A DNA stretch of 64,000 bases, from positions 1 through 64,000 of the forward strand of contig JBCBUK010000012.1 in the NCBI GenBank assembly GCA_039818205.1. Reading direction: 5' to 3'. The DNA is from Verrucomicrobiota bacterium. Lineage in GTDB: Bacteria; Verrucomicrobiota; Verrucomicrobiia; Opitutales; Cerasicoccaceae. The notes below the pieces were generated by a model that had not been told where the DNA came from, ran no database searches, and saw only the letters and a program-made list of their open reading frames with translations. A program made the position numbers and the translations under genes. Shown one piece after another: positions 17,309 to 27,267 of the stretch. Each line of letters begins with the position of its first letter. Within the stretch, counting starts at the first letter, position 1.

Positions 17309-18364
17309 ATGGAAAACGTTCGTTTTGGACTCGTTGGCGCAGGATCAATCGCTGGTTATGCCGCGAAAGAGATCAACCAGTTTGAGCACTCGGAAGTCAT
17401 CGCGGCGACCGATTTGAACGAAACGCGGCTCAAAGCCCTATGCGCGGAGCACACGATTCCGAACGCACATAGCGACGCGGCCTCACTCTTTGCTGATCCA
17501 AAGGTGGACGCCGTTTATATCGCGGTGCCGAACAAGTTTCACGCGCCACTCGCGATCCAGGCACTGGAAGCGGGTAAACACGTCATTCTCGAGAAACCCT
17601 TTGCGCTCAACGCCGCGGAAGCAGCTGGTGTTATCGCCGTTGCCCGACAGAGCGGGAAAGTCTTCACCGTGGGTATGAACCAGCGCTTTGACGCCAATCA
17701 CCAGAAGATTACACGTTTTTCCCGCCGGGGAGAACTCGGAGAAATCTATCACGCTAAGGCGTTCTGGACCCGTCGAAGCGGTATTCCGGGGCTGGGAACC
17801 TGGTTCGGCAACCGAGACCTAGCCGGCGGCGGCTGCTTGAACGATATCGGGGTTCACTTCCTCGATCTTTGCCTCTATGCGATTGATCGGTTTGATCCGG
17901 TCTCGGTCTACGGTGCCACTTACACCAAATTTGGAAACCGCGGATTGGGTGCCGGCACTTGGGGCATCTCGGACAAGACCGAGTCCGTGTTTGATGTCGA
18001 GGACTTCGCCAGCGCACTAATCCGCTTTGCCGATGGCTCAACCGTAGCACTTGATGCCAGCTGGGCTGGCCACCAACAATCCGAGGAAGCCATGGGCGTC
18101 GTCCTTTACGGGACTGAAGCCGGCGCCGACGTTTCCGCTGGCAAAATCTTCCGCAATGATCCACTCCGCGAGGACTACGATATCATCGAAAACGTCAACT
18201 CAGACATTCGCTACAAGCACTGCTCGCGGTTTGCCAATTTCACCAATGCCATCCTCGGCAAAGAAGAGCTGTGCGCCACTCATGAACAGGCCCTGGCGGT
18301 CCAGCGAATCCTCGATGCCATCCAAGAGTCGAGCCGCACCGGTCACGAGGTGATTCTATCCTGA
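17309..18364 (+). CDS. Gfo/Idh/MocA family oxidoreductase
   Basis: GLVGAGSIA, AGKHVILEKP, GGGCLNDIGVH. Confidence 0.92.
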   Translation: MENVRFGLVGAGSIAGYAAKEINQFEHSEVIAATDLNETRLKALCAEHTIPNAHSDAASLFADPKVDAVYIAVPNKFHAPLAIQALEAGKHVILEKPFALNAAEAAGVIAVARQSGKVFTVGMNQRFDANHQKITRFSRRGELGEIYHAKAFWTRRSGIPGLGTWFGNRDLAGGGCLNDIGVHFLDLCLYAIDRFDPVSVYGATYTKFGNRGLGAGTWGISDKTESVFDVEDFASALIRFADGSTVALDASWAGHQQSEEAMGVVLYGTEAGADVSAGKIFRNDPLREDYDIIENVNSDIRYKHCSRFANFTNAILGKEELCATHEQALAVQRILDAIQESSRTGHEVILS

Positions 18365-18445
18365 ACGGGTCTGGCCCAACCCCCTCTCAGAGAATCGCGT
18401 TTAGGGTTGAGCTTCTTGAAGAGTCGGCTTGAGTGGTGTGTTTCC

Positions 18446-19984
18446 ATGAAGCAATTTTACATCACAACAGCCATTGATTACGCCAACGGGTCTCCGCACA
18501 TCGGCCACGCCTACGAGAAGGTGTTGACCGACGTCATCGCGCGTCATCGCCGTTTGCGGGGGGAATCCGTGTATTTCCTCACTGGGCTGGATGAACATGG
18601 GCAAAAGGTCCAGCAGACAGCGCAGAAAGAAGGCATCCCGCCAATCGAGTATTGCGACCAAATTGCCGAAAAATTTCAGAATCTGTGCAAAGTCCTGCAG
18701 GTCTCCAATGACGACTTCATTCGCACCACCCAGACACGGCACAAGGATGTCGTCCGCACAATCCTACAAGACTTATTCGACAAGGGCGAAATCTACCGCG
18801 CGGACTACCATGGATTTTACAGTAAGCGTCAGGAGCAGTTCCTGCAGGAGAAAGACAAAGTCAATGGTGAGTGGCCCGAGATATTTGGGGAGGTCGAAGA
18901 GTTTTCCGAGCCGGCTTACTTTTTCAAACTTAGCCAATACCAGGACTGGCTGCGCGAGTTTCTTTTAAAGAACGACAGTTTCATCTTTCCGCGCTTCCGC
19001 CAGAAGCAGGTATTGGAGTTTCTCAAAGAACCGCTGAATGACCTATGCATCTCGCGTCCAAAGGAACGGCTCGAGTGGGGCATCCCCCTCCCCTTCGACG
19101 AAGACTTCGTCACCTACGTTTGGTTCGATGCGCTGACCAACTATATTTCCGCGATCGGCTATGGCAGTGATGAGTTTGAGCAGCGCTGGCCCGCCAATTT
19201 CCACGTCATTGGCAAAGACATTCTCGTGCCGCCCCACGCCGTGTATTGGCCCATCATGCTACACGCAGCTGGGATCCCATTGCCACAAAGTCTGCTCGTT
19301 CATGGCTGGTGGAATATCAACGGCGAGAAAATGTCCAAGACACTCGGCAACATTGTTGATCCAATCGAGCTAGCCGGCCAGGTCGGCCCCGATGCCCTGC
19401 GCTATTTCTTCATTCGCGAAATGAACGTCGGCCAGGATAGTGACTTCTCCGACAAGCAATTGTTAATCCGCTACACCGATGACCTCGGTAACGATTTCGG
19501 CAACTTGCTGAACCGATTGCTCTCGCTGGGTGCACGTCTCCCAGAAAAGAAAATCCCTGAGGTGACGATTGATGAGGAGCCCGAACAAGCCGTGCGCGCG
19601 CTGTGGGAAGAAATCCATCCTGAAGTCCTCGGCCACTACGATGGCTTCCAGTTCCATCGTGGACTTGAGGTCGTCTGGAAGTTCATTCGCAAGGGCAATG
19701 CCTACTTAGAAATTCGCCAACCCTGGAAGCTCCTGAAGTCCGAAGCCGAGCAGGACCAAGCCCGCGCGCGCACAGCCCTGGCATACACCGCGGAGATCCT
19801 GCGGCTCAGCTCGACCTTGCTGCAGCCGGTCATGCCAACGATCACTAAACGAGTATTTGAAAGCATCGGGTATGCACCCACCGATTGTTACGAAGGCAAA
19901 TTGACTTGGGATACCACGACGCTTGCCGACAAGACCTTGGGCGAGCGAACCATTTTGTTTCCGCGCATCGAGACCGAGAAATAA
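18446..19984 (+). CDS. metG: Methionine--tRNA ligase (short form)
   Basis: YITTAIDYANGSPHIGH, YVWFDAL, KMSKT. Confidence 0.95.
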   Translation: MKQFYITTAIDYANGSPHIGHAYEKVLTDVIARHRRLRGESVYFLTGLDEHGQKVQQTAQKEGIPPIEYCDQIAEKFQNLCKVLQVSNDDFIRTTQTRHKDVVRTILQDLFDKGEIYRADYHGFYSKRQEQFLQEKDKVNGEWPEIFGEVEEFSEPAYFFKLSQYQDWLREFLLKNDSFIFPRFRQKQVLEFLKEPLNDLCISRPKERLEWGIPLPFDEDFVTYVWFDALTNYISAIGYGSDEFEQRWPANFHVIGKDILVPPHAVYWPIMLHAAGIPLPQSLLVHGWWNINGEKMSKTLGNIVDPIELAGQVGPDALRYFFIREMNVGQDSDFSDKQLLIRYTDDLGNDFGNLLNRLLSLGARLPEKKIPEVTIDEEPEQAVRALWEEIHPEVLGHYDGFQFHRGLEVVWKFIRKGNAYLEIRQPWKLLKSEAEQDQARARTALAYTAEILRLSSTLLQPVMPTITKRVFESIGYAPTDCYEGKLTWDTTTLADKTLGERTILFPRIETEK

Positions 19985-20032
19985 CTGGCCGCTGGGTAGA
20001 CCAAAGCGCTCGGCCGGAGTCATCAATTCACC

Positions 20033-21457
20033 ATGGAACTCATTTCCCCGGATCGTTTTCCTCAACGCGACCCGCAGTCGTTGACCACCTTCTTGCTGCA
20101 CTGCCGGGATCGCGCCCGCAAGCGCGAGCACGCGCAGTTAGCCAGCATATCGCTTCGAGCCAAACACTTGGATCCGCTCGCAGTGCTGCAGTCGATCTAT
20201 GAACCTGAGGAGCGCCACTTTTACCTAGAACGCCCACAGAGCGAAGAGGCCATTGCGGGAGCCGAGGCCATTATCGAGTCGACGTTTACTGGACCAGACC
20301 GGTTCGCCCAAGTCCGTCGGTTTGCGGATAATATTCTGGAAAATGCGATCGCCATTGGTGACTTGGATGCGCCATTTGCGGGTCCGCATTTCTTCACCGG
20401 CTTCACCTTCAACGACGACAACGAAAACAAGGACGCCTACTTTGAACCGGCAACCGTTTTCGTGCCTCGTTGGCAAGTCGCCCGGCGTCTTGGCGAATAT
20501 GTCGCAACGGCCAACCTCATCGTTGAACCCGATTCCGATGTGGCCGCCCTCTCGCGCAAGGTACTCGCCGCGCACGCCAAATTTGGACGCTTTGACTATG
20601 ACGACCTGCGGGAAGATGGTGCGCCACCGCCCTCGGTGGTTGACCGGGAAGATGTCGGAGGCGATGGCTGGTTTGCCTCAGCCGTGGATCACGCCCTGCA
20701 AAACATCGACATCGGCTTGTATCGGAAAATCGTTTTGGCCCGTGCGGTTGACCTCAAGGCCGACCAACCATTTCGCCCACTGGAAACCCTCGCTCGTTTG
20801 CGGGAGAAGTTTTCATCCTGCTATTCGTTCTCCATTGCCAACGGCAGCGGACAAAGCTTCATCGGCGCGACCCCGGAGCGCCTACTCCGCGTCGAGTCTG
20901 GCCGGCTGTTCACCGAAGCGTTGGCGGGCTCAGCACCACGCGGAGTTAACGCCCGGGAAGACGCCCGACATGGCGCGGCCCTTTTGTCCAGTGACAAAGA
21001 TCTCCGGGAACATCAATTAGTCGTCGAATCCATCATCAAGCGGCTCGGAGAAGTGGATCTGATTGTGAAGCCACCTGCCGGTCCACGCTTGCTTAAGTTA
21101 CCCAATGTCCAGCATCTGTGGTCGCCCATTACCACAGAGCTCACCCAGGATCAGGAGATACTTGCAGTCGCGGCGAAGCTTCATCCGACACCGGCTGTTG
21201 GCGGGCAACCGCGCGAAGCCGCGCGTTCCGACATCGTCCGTATTGAAAACTTTGACCGCGGTCTTTACGCTGGTGCGATTGGCTGGCTCGACTTTCATGG
21301 CGACGGCGAAATGGTCGTCGCGATTCGTTCAGCGTTGATTGATGACCACCGCGCACGGCTTTATGCGGGTGCTGGCATCGTAACCGGATCTGAACCCGCA
21401 CGTGAAACTGCAGAAACAGATTTGAAATTACGCCCATTGCTTGATTCGCTCTCCTGA
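20033..21457 (+). CDS. menF: Isochorismate synthase
   Basis: KIVLAR, FIGATPERL, KDLREH, LHPTPAVGG, YAGAGIV; overlaps the menD start. Confidence 0.88.
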   Translation: MELISPDRFPQRDPQSLTTFLLHCRDRARKREHAQLASISLRAKHLDPLAVLQSIYEPEERHFYLERPQSEEAIAGAEAIIESTFTGPDRFAQVRRFADNILENAIAIGDLDAPFAGPHFFTGFTFNDDNENKDAYFEPATVFVPRWQVARRLGEYVATANLIVEPDSDVAALSRKVLAAHAKFGRFDYDDLREDGAPPPSVVDREDVGGDGWFASAVDHALQNIDIGLYRKIVLARAVDLKADQPFRPLETLARLREKFSSCYSFSIANGSGQSFIGATPERLLRVESGRLFTEALAGSAPRGVNAREDARHGAALLSSDKDLREHQLVVESIIKRLGEVDLIVKPPAGPRLLKLPNVQHLWSPITTELTQDQEILAVAAKLHPTPAVGGQPREAARSDIVRIENFDRGLYAGAIGWLDFHGDGEMVVAIRSALIDDHRARLYAGAGIVTGSEPARETAETDLKLRPLLDSLS

Positions 21458-23187
21458 TGCATCCGTTGCTTCGCGCAAATCGAAACACTGTCTGGGGTGG
21501 CTTAATCGTTGAGTCGCTGGTCCGCTGTGGTTTGAAGCGGGCAATCATCTCACCCGGGTCCCGCTCAACCCCCATCACGCTGGCATTCGCCTTGGATGAC
21601 CGGGTGGAGTGCACCCCGATCCTAGACGAGCGCAGCGCCGCCTTCTTTGCTCTGGGTTGCGCCAAGCTCACCGGAGAGCCAACCGCCTTGGTTTGCACCT
21701 CGGGCACTGCCGCCGCCAACTACCTCCCAGCAGTCATTGAAGCCCACTACAGCGGTACGCCCTTAATTGTCCTCACGGCAGATCGTCCTCCTGAATTACG
21801 CGACTGTGGCGCGGGTCAAACGATCGATCAGGTAAAAATCTTCGGCGACTACGTGCATTACTACCACGAGCTCTGTCTGCCCCCGATGAGTAAGCAGCTG
21901 AACGATCGCCACGCTTACTTAGTTCGCACGATCACTCACGCCTATAGTATTGCCAAACTCCACGAGCCAGGACCGATTCACCTGAATGTTCCCTTCCGTG
22001 ATCCATTGGCTCCGATTGAGGGACCGCTCGGAGGCCCTTTTCCGGCCATCAACAAAAGCCGTCTTCCGCTTTCAAAACCGTTTGCCACCGTTTCGAATCC
22101 ACTCAACGCAGACGACCTACCCTTCGCCGATCGGGATGATTTGTTGGTCGTCGCCGGACCACCGAATGAATTTCTTAGCAAGGAGAACGCACTAGCAGCG
22201 GTTCGCTTATGCGCAAAATTCGGCTGGCCACTATTGGCAGACACCGCGTCCAGCCTTCGCGGATTCGCCCGCGAGCATGAGTGCATCGTCGGAACATACG
22301 ATAGCCTTTTGCGCGACCCAATCCGCCGACAGGACTTGCGCCCAGGCGCTCTCCTCCTTCTCGGGCAATTGCCAACCAGCAAAGTATTGCGAAGTTTCCT
22401 GCAGGAGAATCTCAAGCTGCCAGCGTGGCACCTGGGATCTAACCCACTCAACGTGAACGCCGGATACCACGCGGTAGAAACCGTGTCCGTTCAAGCACAG
22501 GACTTGATCATCGATGACGGCGAACGAAAAGATCTAACCGAGTATGCAAGCCTTTGGCACAAAGCTGAGAACGCTGAACGTCGCCGGCTGAACAAAGCGC
22601 TGACGGCATGCAACCACCTCTTCGAGGGGCGCCTATCGGATCTCCTGGCCAGAACACTCCCTGCGAAAACTCCCGTGTTTGTGGCAAGTAGCATGCCGAT
22701 CCGGGACTTCGAATACTTCTGGCCGGTCAACCGCAGGGCACATCATCTGGTTGTCAATCGAGGCGCCAACGGAATCGACGGAACACTCTCAACGGCAATG
22801 GGCGTCGCGCAAAGCTCGAAGCGATCCGCCGTTCTAGTCACCGGAGACCTCGCGTTTCTACACGATAAAAACGGGCTACTCGCAGCCGATCATCTGAAGG
22901 GCGGTTTGACCGTCTTCCTCATCAATAATAACGGTGGCGGCATCTTCGAACATCTACCCATTGCTGACTTCGATCCGCCCTTCGAGGAATTCTTTGCAAC
23001 ACCCCAGTCCGTTGATTTCGCCAAACTTGCGAATGCGCATAATCTTGAATACCACTGCCCGAAGTCGTGGGATCAAGTGACCGCTCTTGCCAAAAAACTT
23101 CCAAAAAATGGTGTGCGGATCATCGAGCTAAAAACTGATCGCAAGGCCGACAGCGTCTTGCGTAAATCTATTTTAAACGCCAGCTAA
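21457..23187 (+). CDS. menD: SEPHCHC synthase
   Basis: SPGSRSTP, DERSAAFFALG, CTSGTAAAN, NRGANGIDG, GDLAFLHD, NNNGGGIF. Confidence 0.95.
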   Translation: MHPLLRANRNTVWGGLIVESLVRCGLKRAIISPGSRSTPITLAFALDDRVECTPILDERSAAFFALGCAKLTGEPTALVCTSGTAAANYLPAVIEAHYSGTPLIVLTADRPPELRDCGAGQTIDQVKIFGDYVHYYHELCLPPMSKQLNDRHAYLVRTITHAYSIAKLHEPGPIHLNVPFRDPLAPIEGPLGGPFPAINKSRLPLSKPFATVSNPLNADDLPFADRDDLLVVAGPPNEFLSKENALAAVRLCAKFGWPLLADTASSLRGFAREHECIVGTYDSLLRDPIRRQDLRPGALLLLGQLPTSKVLRSFLQENLKLPAWHLGSNPLNVNAGYHAVETVSVQAQDLIIDDGERKDLTEYASLWHKAENAERRRLNKALTACNHLFEGRLSDLLARTLPAKTPVFVASSMPIRDFEYFWPVNRRAHHLVVNRGANGIDGTLSTAMGVAQSSKRSAVLVTGDLAFLHDKNGLLAADHLKGGLTVFLINNNGGGIFEHLPIADFDPPFEEFFATPQSVDFAKLANAHNLEYHCPKSWDQVTALAKKLPKNGVRIIELKTDRKADSVLRKSILNAS

Positions 23188-23202
23188 CTCAATCCGATTC
23201 CC

Positions 23203-24489
23203 ATGCGTTACGAACCGGTCGCCTCCTCGTTTTTCTGTTCCAACCGCCAACGCCTAGGCGCACAGCTGGAGCCCAGCTCCATCGTCGTTCTGCAGTCGAA
23301 CGACATCTACCCAACCAACGCGGACGGCGTGATGCGTTTTCATCAGAACGCAAATCTCTACTACCTTAGCGGCATCGACCAGGAAGACACGTCGTTAGTT
23401 CTTTTTCCCGATGCGGCCGACGAGAAAGATCGCGCGGTTTTGTATGTTCGCGAGACAACCGAAAAGCTCAAGATCTGGGAAGGCGCCAAGCTAACCATTG
23501 CCGAGGCTAAGGAGCTTTCGGGTATCGCCACCGTCAAGCATACTACGGAGTTCTCTGCGGACTTGCACCGCCTGGCGCTGCAAGCAAAGAACATCTACCT
23601 GGAATCCAATGAACACGCGCGGGCCGATCTTGCCGTGCAAACGCGCAACGACCGATTGATCCGGGAATGCCAGGAGCGTTTTCCCCTTCACCGCCTTGAG
23701 CGCCTTGCCCCGCTAATGGCACAGTTGCGGGCCATTAAGGCTGACGAAGAAATTGCCATGATGCGCAAAGCCATCGAGATAACCCATGCAGGATACGAGC
23801 GAGTGCTTAAAGCCGTAAAGCCAGGCATTGGTGAATGGGAACTCGAAGCGGAATTTTCTCACGAATTCATACGACAGAAGTCGCGTGGGTTTGCCTACGC
23901 TCCGATTATTGCCAGTGGCGCCAGCTCCAACTGCCTCCACTACGTCGAGAATGATAAGATCTGTCAGGACGGCGATTTGCTCTTGATGGACATCGGTGCC
24001 GAATGGGGCTACTGGAATGCCGACCTAACTCGGACGATTCCAGTCAATGGTAAGTTCAGCGAACGCCAGCGCGCAGTCTACGATGCCGTGCTTCGAACGT
24101 TTCACTTCGCCAATCGCCAACTGCGTCCTGGCATTCTACTCAAAGACTACAACCAGAAAGTCTGTGACTTCATGGCAGAAGAGTTGGCTGCGCTTGGCTT
24201 GTTGACCGCTGACGAAATCAAAGATCGCACACCGGAGAAAGACCCCGTTCGGAAGTTTTTCATGCACGGCACCTCGCACCATCTTGGCTTGGACGTCCAC
24301 GATGTATCGCCTTTTAATCAGGCGCTGGAAGTCGGCATGGTCTTCACGATCGAGCCAGGCATTTATATCGCAGATGAGGGCTTTGGCATTCGGCTGGAGA
24401 ATGATTTTTACATCGGTGAAGACTCCAACATAGACCTTTGCGAAGGAGTCCCCTTGGAGGCCGACGAAATCGAAGCCGCGATGGCATAA
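23203..24489 (+). CDS. pepP: Xaa-Pro aminopeptidase (M24B)
   Basis: LLMDIGAE...ADLTRT, HGTSHHLGLDVHD, TIEPGIY, GIRLEND. Confidence 0.9.
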   Translation: MRYEPVASSFFCSNRQRLGAQLEPSSIVVLQSNDIYPTNADGVMRFHQNANLYYLSGIDQEDTSLVLFPDAADEKDRAVLYVRETTEKLKIWEGAKLTIAEAKELSGIATVKHTTEFSADLHRLALQAKNIYLESNEHARADLAVQTRNDRLIRECQERFPLHRLERLAPLMAQLRAIKADEEIAMMRKAIEITHAGYERVLKAVKPGIGEWELEAEFSHEFIRQKSRGFAYAPIIASGASSNCLHYVENDKICQDGDLLLMDIGAEWGYWNADLTRTIPVNGKFSERQRAVYDAVLRTFHFANRQLRPGILLKDYNQKVCDFMAEELAALGLLTADEIKDRTPEKDPVRKFFMHGTSHHLGLDVHDVSPFNQALEVGMVFTIEPGIYIADEGFGIRLENDFYIGEDSNIDLCEGVPLEADEIEAAMA

Positions 24490-24517
24490 AAAAACCCGGT
24501 GCAAACACACCGGGTTT
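24488..24517 (-). terminator. Intrinsic terminator between convergent pepP and glgP
   Basis: AAACCCGGTG-CAAACA-CACCGGGTTT with an A-run on the left (U-tract on the minus strand). Confidence 0.75.
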
Positions 24518-24539
24518 CGGAAAATTTTCTATTGCAAAG

Positions 24540-27044
24540 TTATTCAGCGACTGGCTTTAGATTCCAGATCTCATCGGCGTATTGGCCGATAGTACGGTCG
24601 CTGGAGAACTTTCCAACACGGGCGGTGTTCAAGATCGCCATCTTGGCCCAACGCTTCGTGTCGCGGAAAGCATCGTCTACGCGACGCTGCGCATCACAGT
24701 ATGCTTGGTAATCGGCACATACGAGGAACGGATCGCCGCCATCGAGCAAGCTCTTGCGAATCGCGGCCAAGGCATTGGGATCACCCGGCGTAAAGTAATC
24801 GGACGCCAACCAGTCAATCACCGCCTTCAGGTTCTCGTTCGAGTTATAGTAATTGTAGGAGTTATAACCCGAGGAACGTAAACGCTGCACCTCTTCAACG
24901 GTCAGACCAAAGATGAAGATATTGTCGTCACCGACTTCTTCACCAATCTCAACGTTTGCGCCATCGAGCGTTCCAATAGTCAACGCACCGTTGAGGGCAA
25001 ACTTCATATTGCCGGTTCCAGAGGCTTCCTTACCAGCGGTTGAAATCTGTTCCGACAAATCAGCTGCTGGAATAATACGTTCGGCCAGCGTGACACGGTA
25101 GTTCGGCAAGAAGACAACCTTGAGCTTATCGCCAACGCGCGGATCGTTATTGATCTTCTCAGCAACCTTGTTGATCGCAAAGATAATTTCCTTAGCCAAA
25201 ACATATCCGGGAGCCGCTTTCGCACCAAAGATAACCACGCGCGGAACGAAATCGGCATCAGGATTCTGCAGAATCTCACGATAGCGTGTGAGGATGTGCA
25301 ACAGGTTCAGGTGCTGACGCTTGTATTCGTGCAAACGCTTAATCTGGACATCGAACATCGCGTCCGGGCTAACGGTCACACCGCAGTCCTCTTCAATAAT
25401 CTTGGCGAGCACGACCTTATTGTCTCGCTTGATTTGCATGAACTCCTTCTGGAACTTGGCGTCTTCAGCAAAACGATCCAGCTCCTGAAGTTTATCAAGG
25501 TCGGTTGGCCAATCATCGCCAATGCTCTTATCGATCAACGTGGCAAGCTCTGGATTGCAAACCTTCAAGAAACGGCGAGGCGTAATGCCGTTGGTCTTGT
25601 TCTGAATGCGGTTTGGATAAAGCTGGTCGAACTGGTTAAACAGGTTGGCTTTAAGAAGCTCGGTGTGCAGAGCGGCAACGCCATTGACGGCACTACTTGC
25701 GATCACCGCCATGTAGGCCATGCGAATCATCTTTGGACGGCCCTCTTCAATAATCGAGAGTTCCATCTTCTTACTACCGTCGCCAGGCCATTTCGCTTCG
25801 ACCTCTTCCTCTAGGAAGCGGCGGTTAATCTCGTAGATGACCTGCAAGTGACGAGGTAGCACCTTCTCAAAAAGCGGTACCGACCACTTCTCCAAAGCTT
25901 CTGGTAGGAGCGTGTGGTTGGTGTAGGAGAAAACCCCGCGGCAGAGCCCCCAACCTGTATCCCAATCCAATCCTTCTTCGTCGACGAGGATCCGCATCAA
26001 TTCCGGAACAGCAACTGCTGGGTGCGTATCGTTAAGCTGAATCGCAACCTTCTTCGGGAAATCTTCCCAGCCGGTATTCTTCTTTTTATAGCGACGGATG
26101 ATGTCGTGCAAGGAACACGCCACAAAGAAATACTGCTGAACCAGGCGAAGCTCCTTACCGCTCTCTGTCGCATCGTTCGGGTAAAGTACTTTGCTAACCG
26201 TTTCACTCACCGCCTTGTCGCGGACAGCTTCGGTGTAGCCACCACGATTGAATGCATCGAGGTCGAACTCATTCGATGCCTTCGACTCCCACAAGCGCAA
26301 GAAGTTTACCGTGCGCGCACCGTAGCCAACGATTGGAATATCCCAGGGCACACCAATGATTTCGCGAGCGCCAACCCATTGTGGGCTCCAATCACCGCTG
26401 GTAGTATTCTGGTATTCGACATGGCCGTAAAGCGGAACACGTACCTCATACTCCGGGCGAACAATGTGCCAAGGATTACCATGACGCATCCAGGCGTCCG
26501 GATGCTCGATCTGACGACCATCAGCGAACTCTTGTTGAAATAGACCAAACTCGTAGTGGATACCGTAACCAATCGCTGGGAGATCAAGCGTCGCCAACGA
26601 GTCCAGGAAACATGCAGCCAATCGCCCAAGACCACCATTACCCAAGCCCATGTCGACCTCTTGGTCCGCGATCGATTTCAAGTCCAAGCCAAGCTCGGAC
26701 AATGCCTTCTCTGCAATACTATACATCCCGCAATTGACCAAATTATTCTCAGTCAAGCGGCCCATCAGATACTCCAGCGACAGGTAATATACACGGCGTG
26801 CGTTCTCTTCATTGTGAACACCTTGAGTCGCGATATAGCGCTCCAAGATCCGGTCGTTCAATGCGTGGCAGGTAGCTAACCACCAATCGCGAGGCGTGGC
26901 AGTTTGGACGTCTCTGGCCAGTGCATGAACCAGACTATCCTCAATGCGCTTTTTGAATTGTTCGACCGATGTCTCGATGACGAACGGCGATTCTGCTTTT
27001 AACGCGGCTTTCTTCGCCGACTTTTTCTTTTTGGTAGCTGGCAT
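24540..27044 (-). CDS. glgP: Glycogen/starch phosphorylase
   Basis: [43 protein letters not shown] motif. Confidence 0.97.
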   Translation of the reverse strand: MPATKKKKSAKKAALKAESPFVIETSVEQFKKRIEDSLVHALARDVQTATPRDWWLATCHALNDRILERYIATQGVHNEENARRVYYLSLEYLMGRLTENNLVNCGMYSIAEKALSELGLDLKSIADQEVDMGLGNGGLGRLAACFLDSLATLDLPAIGYGIHYEFGLFQQEFADGRQIEHPDAWMRHGNPWHIVRPEYEVRVPLYGHVEYQNTTSGDWSPQWVGAREIIGVPWDIPIVGYGARTVNFLRLWESKASNEFDLDAFNRGGYTEAVRDKAVSETVSKVLYPNDATESGKELRLVQQYFFVACSLHDIIRRYKKKNTGWEDFPKKVAIQLNDTHPAVAVPELMRILVDEEGLDWDTGWGLCRGVFSYTNHTLLPEALEKWSVPLFEKVLPRHLQVIYEINRRFLEEEVEAKWPGDGSKKMELSIIEEGRPKMIRMAYMAVIASSAVNGVAALHTELLKANLFNQFDQLYPNRIQNKTNGITPRRFLKVCNPELATLIDKSIGDDWPTDLDKLQELDRFAEDAKFQKEFMQIKRDNKVVLAKIIEEDCGVTVSPDAMFDVQIKRLHEYKRQHLNLLHILTRYREILQNPDADFVPRVVIFGAKAAPGYVLAKEIIFAINKVAEKINNDPRVGDKLKVVFLPNYRVTLAERIIPAADLSEQISTAGKEASGTGNMKFALNGALTIGTLDGANVEIGEEVGDDNIFIFGLTVEEVQRLRSSGYNSYNYYNSNENLKAVIDWLASDYFTPGDPNALAAIRKSLLDGGDPFLVCADYQAYCDAQRRVDDAFRDTKRWAKMAILNTARVGKFSSDRTIGQYADEIWNLKPVAE

Positions 27045-27267
27045 GATTGCAGTTTTTGGTGTGATAAAATTTGAGCAAGTGATTTGTGGATGCAGAAAAG
27101 GCTATGCCGGGAGCCCACCCCTCGTCAACCACGCTTGAAACGACTTTTCACCCTTAATCGCTTCTAATTCTCAGATATCAAAGGTTTAATATTTCGCGGT
27201 AATTCAGTCTCCCTACTGAATCCATTTTTCACCCAGTCATTCGGAATAAATCTCCAGCTCACTGGGA

